Shown here: piece after piece, positions 24,668-31,691 of the stretch
How the letters are laid out: every line of letters begins with the position of its first letter
Position numbering within the stretch: the stretch's first letter is position 1
IMG/VR virus record: IMGVR_UViG_3300028833_000401
DNA: 31,691 bases
Direction: 5' to 3' (one strand)
From: a virus
Translations under genes and position numbers: made by a program
Notes under the pieces: generated by a model
Databases searched by the model: none
The model's input: only the letters and a program-made list of their open reading frames with translations
Told to the model about the DNA's origin: nothing

Positions 24668-25876
24668 ATGTTAAACGCACATACTGAAAATACAGATGGT
24701 AAAAACATTGCAATAATTTATTGCCGTGATACTTCTGGATGTTCACATGTAAGATTACGTTATAATGCAGAATACATCAATGGTCATGACATTGGTGTTA
24801 TTCCTGTTTTAATGCCGTATTATACTTTTGAACCTCAATATTTAGCTCATGCTAAATCTATTGTTTTCCAAAGACCAATTACTGGTATCGATATTGATTT
24901 ACTTACTCGTTATAAGGAACTACAGCCAAAGTTTGGATTTAAGCTCGTTGGTGAATTTGATGATTTGATCTTTTTGACTGGTGATACTGATGAAGCTCAT
25001 GACTCTGTTCCGATTTATAACCCAAGTTATGAAGGAGTTCATAGTAATCTTAAAAATCTTATGGAAGTTGCATCAAAGACTTTACCAATGTTGGATTTGA
25101 TCGTAGTTTCTACACCTTACCTTAAGAAAGTTATTGAACGTAAATTTAATGTTAATAATGTAATGGTTATCAAAAACGTTGTTCCAAGATATTTGTGGAA
25201 TTTTGAAAGAAAGACTAATATCAAGGAAGACTTACTTAAACCTCGTGTTATCTATTCTGGTAGTCCTACACATTATAAACAGCCTATTCCTAAAATGCAA
25301 CCTGGTCAGAATCCGAATTTCCCGAAAGGTCATCCAGGTCAGCCAGGAGATAGAGGTGACTGGAATACAGCACTTTGTGATTGGGTTATTAAAAATGTCA
25401 AGGAAGATAAGATTGATTTTTATGTAATGGGTTCTTTACCATTCTTCTGGGAAGAAATCAAGGATAAGATTCAATACATTCCATGGGCAGATTCTCATAC
25501 GTTCCCAAGAAAATTCATGGAAGTTCATGCAGACTTTAGTATTGCATCCATTGTTGATAATCCATTTAACCGTGCAAAGTCTTCGCTAAGATTTACAGAA
25601 GCTTGTGCATGCGGATGTGTTTTCATGGGTAATACTTTTGTAGCAAATGATGACAGTCCATATAGAGAAATTCATCCAGATTGCAAGTTTACTGACCAGT
25701 CAACTGTTGCAGAAATAGATGAAAAATTCTGGAAACTCTGTAAAAAAGATAAGTATAACGAAGTCCTGAATTGGCAATATAATTTTATTAATAATTCTGG
25801 ATGTTGGCTTGAATCATCACAGCACATAAATCAAATGCTGACAATGTTTGATTCAAAAGAACAAGATATTATCTAA
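24668..25876 (+). CDS. GT-B fold glycosyltransferase-like protein
   Basis: SGCSHVR...IVFQR...EFDDL...DLIVVSTPYL...N.VP...YSGSPTH...DNPFNRAKSSLRFTE..ACG follows the phage GT-B pattern. Confidence 0.75.
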   Translation: MLNAHTENTDGKNIAIIYCRDTSGCSHVRLRYNAEYINGHDIGVIPVLMPYYTFEPQYLAHAKSIVFQRPITGIDIDLLTRYKELQPKFGFKLVGEFDDLIFLTGDTDEAHDSVPIYNPSYEGVHSNLKNLMEVASKTLPMLDLIVVSTPYLKKVIERKFNVNNVMVIKNVVPRYLWNFERKTNIKEDLLKPRVIYSGSPTHYKQPIPKMQPGQNPNFPKGHPGQPGDRGDWNTALCDWVIKNVKEDKIDFYVMGSLPFFWEEIKDKIQYIPWADSHTFPRKFMEVHADFSIASIVDNPFNRAKSSLRFTEACACGCVFMGNTFVANDDSPYREIHPDCKFTDQSTVAEIDEKFWKLCKKDKYNEVLNWQYNFINNSGCWLESSQHINQMLTMFDSKEQDII

Positions 25877-25881
25877 ATAAA

Positions 25882-25907
25882 GCGGAGTTGAAAAACTCCG
25901 TTTTTTA
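25882..25907 (+). terminator. Intrinsic terminator
   Basis: GCGGAGTT-GAAA-AACTCCGT followed by a T-run. Confidence 0.85.
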
Positions 25908-25937
25908 TTAAAAATACAAATTTTATTTTTATTAAAG

Positions 25938-25965
25938 TTTAGTTAACAAATTTTAACTATATTTG
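25938..25965 (+). promoter_or_regulatory. Putative early/middle promoter
   Basis: TTTAGTTAACAAATTTTAACTATATTTG resembles TTTAGTTTACAAAATTTTA...CTATATTTG at 16097-16132. Confidence 0.45.
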
Positions 25966-25993
25966 AATTGTTAAATCTTTTAAACAAAGGAAA

Positions 25994-26392
25994 ATGAAAA
26001 TGAGAGTTATTCTTTCAAATGGTAGACAGTTTATTGTCAAGGTTAGATATAGTACAGAATATAAGCAGACGCATGTCAAGGATGAATTCCAGCGTGATGT
26101 TTATACTGAATGGGAAGAACATAATACTTCTTTGACCATCACCGAATGGTTTAAGGAACAGAATATGTCTAAGGTAACTGTTTCTGGTTTTGCTCATTGC
26201 AATTATCAGGACCAGTTCAATAAGGAAGTTGGTAAGAGTCTTGCATATTTCCGTGCACTTGAACAGCTTGAAGCTTTACAGATTGTTAACGCTTTTGAAG
26301 CGGAAGAACTTGCTAGCTTTAAGCTCGATCATCCAGTTTATCAATGCAAGAAGATTGAAAAAACTGTAAAAACTGTAAAGGCAGGTAAGTAA
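25994..26392 (+). CDS. Hypothetical phage protein
   Basis: AAGGA SD. GFAHCNYQDQFNKEVGKSLAYFRA fits the common phage motif G.A.C...D.F....G..LA..RA. Confidence 0.75.
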   Translation: MKMRVILSNGRQFIVKVRYSTEYKQTHVKDEFQRDVYTEWEEHNTSLTITEWFKEQNMSKVTVSGFAHCNYQDQFNKEVGKSLAYFRALEQLEALQIVNAFEAEELASFKLDHPVYQCKKIEKTVKTVKAGK

Positions 26393-26880
26393 TGAATACA
26401 GCAAGATTTGACAGTTCATTAGCTAACTTCAAGCTTGTTAAGAAGGGTGAAGACATGTTCTGGATTCTTCAGATGAAAGTTGTTGAAGATACAAGCATTC
26501 GTTCTTTCCCTCGTCAGTTCCAGCAGGATATTGATTTTAACGGTGCATTTGACCAGTCTGCTGCACAAGATGCATGGGATAAGGTTAATATTCCGCTTGA
26601 TGCTTATACATTAGAATATAAGGTAACTTTTAGTGATCTTGTTTTCCCAGCAAAATTAATTGGTATTTCTGCTACACGTAAGGAATCTAATGATGGTGTC
26701 TGGTCAACTGAGTATATTCTTAGTTTTGTTTGTGATCCTGATAAGGATATGATTAAGAACATTGCTTGGTATGTTAAGCATAAGGAACCGGATCCTGAAA
26801 CTGGCAAGAAAGTATTGATGACTTACAATACGGTTCTTGAAGATCTGGAAGAAAATCCGATTGCAGAACCTGAAGTTTAA
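26392..26880 (+). CDS. Hypothetical protein
   Basis: 162-aa ORF coupled by TAATG, followed by a terminator. Confidence 0.75.
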   Translation: MNTARFDSSLANFKLVKKGEDMFWILQMKVVEDTSIRSFPRQFQQDIDFNGAFDQSAAQDAWDKVNIPLDAYTLEYKVTFSDLVFPAKLIGISATRKESNDGVWSTEYILSFVCDPDKDMIKNIAWYVKHKEPDPETGKKVLMTYNTVLEDLEENPIAEPEV

Positions 26881-26885
26881 ACTTT

Positions 26886-26918
26886 AAAATATACCACCTA
26901 ATAAGTGGTATATTTTTT
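26886..26918 (+). terminator. Intrinsic terminator
   Basis: AAAATATACCAC-CTAATAA-GTGGTATATTTT followed by TT. Confidence 0.8.
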
Positions 26919-26921
26919 CTG

Positions 26922-26929
26922 TATAAATA
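26922..26929 (+). promoter_or_regulatory. T4-type late promoter TATAAATA
   Basis: Directly after the terminator, 6 nt before the ATG at 26936. Confidence 0.7.
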
Positions 26930-26935
26930 AGACGT

Positions 26936-27649
26936 ATGTTTGATTCTCAAAAATTAAGTTTTGAAAAATTTTTATTATCTTATCGACATGGCATTTATAT
27001 TTTTACTGATGATGCATGTCATATTTGTCAGGATTATAAGCAATCCATAGAATATATTAATAATGCTTATCTTTATTTCGTTGAAGTATCTTTAGATTCC
27101 GAGCGTAAGATTTTAGCAGAAATGTTAGAACGAACAGTCTTTCCTTTGACTGCTTGTTTTAAAGATAATAAACTTAAATATGTAAAACCGGGACAATTAT
27201 TTAGTACCCAATTAGAGCCAATATTTGAAGATTTAAAAGAATTTGGTGATAATCCATTGTCTCCGGAAGAAATTGCCGAAAGAATTAAAAAAGAACAAAC
27301 AAAATGTCATTTAACTTACTATATTTTTGCACCTAGCATCAATGAAGAAGTTAAAGCTGCAGTAATGGCTAAAGCAATCGATTATAATGAGTTACCATTA
27401 GACGTTGATACTGTAGCACCATCTCTTACACTTCAACAACGTGAACATATGCTTGAAGGTCAAATGCCTTTCTCACGTCTTGTTATAATTAAAGATAATA
27501 AGAGTAATATATTTTCTCCATTAGGTCAAAAAATTCTTATCGATTATGCTGCAGTTAAAGGAAATGAAGCAAAATTCGAAGTTAGACAACTTGATAGCAT
27601 TTTAAAAGGAACTAGTAATGATAGAGATAATTCCAGTAGCGGAACGTAA
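26936..27649 (+). CDS. Thioredoxin-fold protein (CxxC)
   Basis: GIYIFTDDACHICQDYK: a beta-strand followed by CHIC, then FPLTACF (cis-Pro-like position). Confidence 0.6.
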   Translation: MFDSQKLSFEKFLLSYRHGIYIFTDDACHICQDYKQSIEYINNAYLYFVEVSLDSERKILAEMLERTVFPLTACFKDNKLKYVKPGQLFSTQLEPIFEDLKEFGDNPLSPEEIAERIKKEQTKCHLTYYIFAPSINEEVKAAVMAKAIDYNELPLDVDTVAPSLTLQQREHMLEGQMPFSRLVIIKDNKSNIFSPLGQKILIDYAAVKGNEAKFEVRQLDSILKGTSNDRDNSSSGT

Positions 27650-28328
27650 ACCTGAACAAGTAGATACTAAAACAGTTTTTTATATTGATAATACATTAGG
27701 CGATTCAATGGCTAAGAAATACAATTATGCTATTGAAAATATTGTATTAAAAAATGATGACCCTATTATTTGTTTTAGACATGATGATACTAAGATTATT
27801 ACACCGCTCGATGTTTGTAATTATAAGTTAACAAAACTTTACGAAAATGGTGATGTAGGTATTGCTGGTGTAATTGGAACTATCGCTCTTGATACAAATT
27901 GTACTTGGTGGAATGGTGTTCCTAGAGCTGGTGGTAGATGGACATATGGTTCTGGTTATATTATTCAAGGTGGAAAAGATAAAGATGGAAAACCTATTGA
28001 ATATCCTATGAAGGAACATCCAGGAGTTCATGATTATTTAGCTACTGTTGACGGTTGTTGCATGTTCTTCCCGAAATGGATATTTGAAGAAGGATTACGT
28101 TTTGATGAAAATCTTGTTGGATTTCATTTTTATGATACCGATATTTCTCTTCAAGTTCTTGAACGTGGTTACAAAGTTTCTACAATCGACATTATCATTA
28201 AGCATTTTAGTGAAGGAAAACCACCTGAGATTTTTGAAAAACTTAAAAAAGTTTTCTTTGACAAATGGAATAAAAAAGTTAACGGAGTTTGGCCAATTTC
28301 ACGTTTAAGCAAATTTAATAAGGACTAA
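27618..28328 (+). CDS. GT-A fold (family 2-like) glycosyltransferase
   Basis: AKKYNYAI...ICFRHDD...GIAGVIG...TVDGCCMF...FDE...FHFYDTDISLQ...GYKV. Confidence 0.8.
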   Translation: MIEIIPVAERKPEQVDTKTVFYIDNTLGDSMAKKYNYAIENIVLKNDDPIICFRHDDTKIITPLDVCNYKLTKLYENGDVGIAGVIGTIALDTNCTWWNGVPRAGGRWTYGSGYIIQGGKDKDGKPIEYPMKEHPGVHDYLATVDGCCMFFPKWIFEEGLRFDENLVGFHFYDTDISLQVLERGYKVSTIDIIIKHFSEGKPPEIFEKLKKVFFDKWNKKVNGVWPISRLSKFNKD

Positions 28329-28329
28329 T

Positions 28330-28494
28330 ATGAATAAGATTGTTAAAAGTTTTACAGATGATCCTTCTTTTGTTATGTTAAAAGATGCAGGAAATTACTA
28401 TATTTTTAAGGATAACAAAACACTAATTGAAGTAAAACTATCAGTGATTAATGACGATAAAGTCACTATGGAATTTAAGGACCATTTTGAATGA
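28330..28494 (+). CDS. Small 54-aa ORF below the ORF-track cutoff (MNKIVKSFTDDPSFVML...EFKDHFE)
   Basis: Translated by hand. Fills the gap exactly, has an AAGGA SD, and its TGA overlaps the next ATG (ATGA). Confidence 0.7.
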   Translation: MNKIVKSFTDDPSFVMLKDAGNYYIFKDNKTLIEVKLSVINDDKVTMEFKDHFE

Positions 28495-28916
28495 GTGAAA
28501 AGAAGAAAAATCCAATCTTTGAAATATTAGGTTCAATATGCACGAAGAAATATGATTGGGCAAATTTGCCAGATGAATATAAATCGGCATATAACCAGTT
28601 TATTTTAAATAGATTCTTGTCAAGTTATGAATATTTGTTACCATTAATTAATGAGTTGACAATTCAGAAATTGACAAATCAACAACATTATACAATTTTA
28701 TATACTTGGGTTAAAAAGACAAAACATTATTTTAATTACGATGCATATAAAACTGAAGCAACAGACCAAGATTTAATAGTTGCATTGAAAAAAGAATATA
28801 ATATAGGCAATAAAGAAGCCAAAAGATACAATGAACTATTAAATGATGCCCAAAGAAATATATTGAAAACAAAATGGACAGATTATATAAAATTTGTATA
28901 TAATAAAAAGCAGTGA
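28491..28916 (+). CDS. gp62: Clamp-loader small subunit (T4 gp62-like)
   Basis: FEILGSI..KK...AYNQFILNRFLS...INEL...L...QHY..L...KK...Y.....EA..Y..LL...Q matches the gp62-family pattern. Confidence 0.8.
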   Translation: MSEKKKNPIFEILGSICTKKYDWANLPDEYKSAYNQFILNRFLSSYEYLLPLINELTIQKLTNQQHYTILYTWVKKTKHYFNYDAYKTEATDQDLIVALKKEYNIGNKEAKRYNELLNDAQRNILKTKWTDYIKFVYNKKQ

Positions 28917-28931
28917 TTTTTCACTGCTTTT
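28906..28931. terminator. Bidirectional intrinsic terminator overlapping the gp62 stop
   Basis: AAAAGCAGTGA-TTTT-TCACTGCTTTT between convergent genes. Confidence 0.85.
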
Positions 28932-28950
28932 CTTTTTATTTTTAATTAAA

Positions 28951-29421
28951 TTAGCTCAGAGAATTATAGAAAACCATAATTGCTGCAGCAAGTTCAAGAA
29001 CACCGTAGTCTCTACTGGTATAATTCTTGATATACTTGTTGAATGCCTTTGGAGAACATTTAGAACTGTCATTAACAATAGATTCTGGTCTATCTACAGA
29101 ACCGTCCTTTGCTTCGACAGTTTTAAGGATTTGTTCACAAGCACCATGAATTGTCTTTTCCCAAGACTGAATCTGGTCCATAGCATCATTCATTCGCTTT
29201 GTTTGGTCCATATTATCAGCAAAACCATCCTTAATTGTAGTAATCAAGGAGGAAGCAATATCAACCTGTGGCTTGATAGCATCACGAATTTCCTGGCGAG
29301 AATTCTTTTCCTTAGGTTCATCATCATAGCTATCCAAATCAACATCTTCGACTACGATTTTATAGTCGTTATTAATTCCAGCTATATGTTCTACTAGTTT
29401 TTCGTAATCTTCTTGTATCAT
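28951..29421 (-). CDS. Hypothetical late protein
   Basis: 156 aa, GAGGA SD, late promoter upstream. Confidence 0.75.
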   Translation of the reverse strand: MIQEDYEKLVEHIAGINNDYKIVVEDVDLDSYDDEPKEKNSRQEIRDAIKPQVDIASSLITTIKDGFADNMDQTKRMNDAMDQIQSWEKTIHGACEQILKTVEAKDGSVDRPESIVNDSSKCSPKAFNKYIKNYTSRDYGVLELAAAIMVFYNSLS

Positions 29422-29422
29422 T

Positions 29423-31687
29423 TTAATTTCCTCTTATATATTTATAAATTTCATTCATCAAAGTGTTTGGTGAAACTTCCGGAATATAACTTTCTTTCGT
29501 TTTTTGACCTTCTTGTGGTTTTTCACCTTGAACAATACGTTCATTATTATCCTTGATATCACCCTTTAAACTGGTTAAACATGCAGTTATTGCTCGAACT
29601 AAACCATAGAAATAGAAGATATTTCTATTACCATTTGGTCTTTCTTTATCATTATTACGTGGTGCTGAAGTGAATTGTTCAATACACTTTGAGCAAGGAA
29701 GTTTTTTCTCCTTAACTGCTTTCATAACATCATTATCACCATCGTCAGTTCTGACCAATGTAGTTAATATGCTACAAACTTTATTTTTTGTTTCTGCAGC
29801 TTTTACACTCAAACCAATAATATTACCGAGTTTTTGTTCTGCTTCATTATATTTAGATGCATCTGCAATATTATAAATTTCGTTATTAAAATCTGTTGGC
29901 AATAACATATTAAAGTCAATAGAACCATCTACTTCTTTAAATTTTGTTTCCAGGTTATTAATGGTATGTAAATAAGCATTAGTATCTTCATCTAACTTCG
30001 GTAAAGTAGAATCTGGAACATAAGATGCATTTTCTGCTGGCTTATTTTCTGACTTTTCCTCAACTTCCTTAACATGAGCAGTTACTGAAGAAATGAGATT
30101 CTTTACCATTGAAACTGTAAGCCAAATTTTCAATAATGCATTCTTATTATTTAAGTTGTTTTTTACCTTTGCAACAAATTCTTTACCTTTATCACTTTCT
30201 TTAACTACATCTTCAACTTCCTTAAAGATTTCTTCAAGTTTAGAATTTGTTTCATCATTAAACTTCTTATAAGTATCAATCCAAGTATCGTCTTTTGCAG
30301 TTTTTACAATATCATTCATCTTACCAACAAGACCAGCCATTAATGGGCTAGACTCATCTATACATTTAGTAAGACGTTCAATCATTACCTTTTCTGCTTT
30401 AACAGGAGATTTTTCTTCCTTATTTTCTTCTTTATTTTCTTCCTTTGGTTTTTCTTCTTCAGAATCTTTACCAAAGTTAATAACCTCGAAACATCCAGCA
30501 ATATCAGAACGTTTTTCAATCTTATTACATGCGACAATACCATCAACGATTGGCTCAACAGTCTTAACTCTGTCTAATGTATGCTGTAAAGAACTACATG
30601 CTTCAATAACATGTTTAAATGCTTCTTTTGCAGTTTTTGCCTTTGCTAATTCGTTGAATGTAGAAACTTCAATACGAACATCATGCTTACCTTCTGCAAA
30701 TATACGATAGATTTCCTTTAAGCCTTCAGCTCTATCACGTTCAATCCAATCAAGATTTCCCTTATTATCACTCTTTACTTCTGGTTCATCGCTATGAGTT
30801 TCGGTATTTGCAGGTTTATCATCTTTCTTCTTTGCGTCAGTATTTTCTGGTTTATCGTCTTTCTTATTTGCATCAGTATTGCCAGAATCTAAATCATCAA
30901 GTTCTTCACTAGCTTCAGATTCGCCTTCATCAGCTTCATCCAAACGGTATTTCTTCATTATCTTATCAAGACGTTGAGTTAAAGATTCTGTTTTGGTATT
31001 ATCTTCTTTCTCGTTTTCATCACTGGTTTCATCAGTACCATTAACAACTTCCTGATACTGTTCTTCCGCAGAATCTGGGTCAAACAAGATATTGATTGTA
31101 TCATATCCTTCTTTGATATATTTTTCAAGAGCAAGAACTTTCTTATATTCTTCAAGAATTGCGATATAATTCTTAACATTTAAGAGATATAATTCATTTC
31201 TTCTCTTCTTGCCCTTTTCAAGCTCAGCTTCTTTCTTTTTCAATTCGTCTTGTGCTTGATTAGCAAGTTTCATGCTCTTTGTCTGTTCTTCTTCTTCCTT
31301 TAAGATATTCTTAACACTAGAATAAACAGATTCTTTCTTTATAGAAATTCCGTCCTTCTTAGGTTCTTCAGTATTTCCACCTTCTTTAGAACCTTCACCT
31401 TCTGACTGATTCTTAAGACCCTTGATTTCCTCTTCAAGTTTCTTGTTACGTTCGTCAATCTTCTTCTGTTCTTCGACTAACCACTTTTCATAAGCATCTT
31501 TTTCTTTCATTGCTTTTGCAAGTGCATTTTTTAATTCATCAATACGAAGCTGAATAACAGTATTGTTTCCATTATTTTCACTGTTAAATGTCTTTGTCTT
31601 CATATTAATCTGACCAATTTTACCATTAGCCAAAATACCATACAATCTAGTCAAAGATAACATAACACCACTAATAGCAATTTCCAT
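29423..31687 (-). CDS. Large E/K-rich coiled-coil protein, possibly 5'-truncated
   Basis: 754-aa ORF. The frame is still open upstream of the ATG at the window edge, so the true start is uncertain. Confidence 0.75.
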   Translation of the reverse strand: MEIAISGVMLSLTRLYGILANGKIGQINMKTKTFNSENNGNNTVIQLRIDELKNALAKAMKEKDAYEKWLVEEQKKIDERNKKLEEEIKGLKNQSEGEGSKEGGNTEEPKKDGISIKKESVYSSVKNILKEEEEQTKSMKLANQAQDELKKKEAELEKGKKRRNELYLLNVKNYIAILEEYKKVLALEKYIKEGYDTINILFDPDSAEEQYQEVVNGTDETSDENEKEDNTKTESLTQRLDKIMKKYRLDEADEGESEASEELDDLDSGNTDANKKDDKPENTDAKKKDDKPANTETHSDEPEVKSDNKGNLDWIERDRAEGLKEIYRIFAEGKHDVRIEVSTFNELAKAKTAKEAFKHVIEACSSLQHTLDRVKTVEPIVDGIVACNKIEKRSDIAGCFEVINFGKDSEEEKPKEENKEENKEEKSPVKAEKVMIERLTKCIDESSPLMAGLVGKMNDIVKTAKDDTWIDTYKKFNDETNSKLEEIFKEVEDVVKESDKGKEFVAKVKNNLNNKNALLKIWLTVSMVKNLISSVTAHVKEVEEKSENKPAENASYVPDSTLPKLDEDTNAYLHTINNLETKFKEVDGSIDFNMLLPTDFNNEIYNIADASKYNEAEQKLGNIIGLSVKAAETKNKVCSILTTLVRTDDGDNDVMKAVKEKKLPCSKCIEQFTSAPRNNDKERPNGNRNIFYFYGLVRAITACLTSLKGDIKDNNERIVQGEKPQEGQKTKESYIPEVSPNTLMNEIYKYIRGN
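29439..29446 (-). promoter_or_regulatory. T4-type late promoter TATAAATA inside the 3' end of 29423..31687
   Basis: TATTTATA on +, 17 nt upstream of the ATG at 29421. Confidence 0.55.
30809..30880 (-). repeat. Two tandem 36-nt coding repeats (NTDANKKDDKPE / NTDAKKKDDKPA)
   Basis: Direct reading: units 30845-30880 and 30809-30844. Confidence 0.85.
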
Positions 31688-31691
31688 TGCC

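Noticed and set aside
28894-29397. 167-aa + strand ORF, and the other 60-110 aa antisense or out-of-frame ORFs in the track
   Set aside because: They overlap better-supported genes that have SD, promoter and terminator context, and they show the F/I/L/S-rich composition typical of antisense frames. This one also starts just before a terminator.
1-31691. IntN-bearing terminase ATPase half, or a homing endonuclease, within this window
   Set aside because: No ORF shows Walker A/B terminase motifs or ends in a Cys-initiated intein block A, and no LAGLIDADG, HNH or GIY-YIG motif was recognised.
1-31691. tRNA, rRNA, tmRNA, CRISPR array, reverse transcriptase/DGR, integrase
   Set aside because: No T-loop GTTCRA cloverleaf, regular repeat-spacer array, RT (YxDD) or recombinase motif was found by eye. 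A tRNAscan, CRISPR-finder or HMM run would be needed to be definitive.

Overview
AT-rich, densely coding fragment of a large T4-related (probably jumbo) myophage genome in the standard genetic code. Recognisable T4-type genes, in an order scrambled relative to T4: small terminase-like (gp16), head-completion nuclease (gp4), neck (gp14), a tail-tube-fold protein, two baseplate hub-like paralogs (gp26), RegA, late sigma factor (gp55) and clamp-loader small subunit (gp62). Also present: a RuvC-like resolvase, a HAD nucleotidase, two glycosyltransferases, long virion/fibre proteins and several probable head-internal proteins. At least 15 T4-type late promoter boxes (TATAAATA) sit at gene boundaries, consistent with the gp55 gene, and intrinsic terminators delimit the operons. 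Two features stand out. (1) The large terminase is fractured: a stand-alone gene with its own late promoter encodes a 101-aa C-intein of the atypically split AceL-TerL type fused to the nuclease domain, and no N-half is present in the window, so the packaging motor probably needs protein trans-splicing. (2) A 440-bp ORF-free gap (16075-16514) holds a promoter-and-hairpin-bounded, GC-enriched, multi-helix element of about 290 nt that looks like an unassigned structured ncRNA. All family assignments come from motif recognition by eye, not from database searches.
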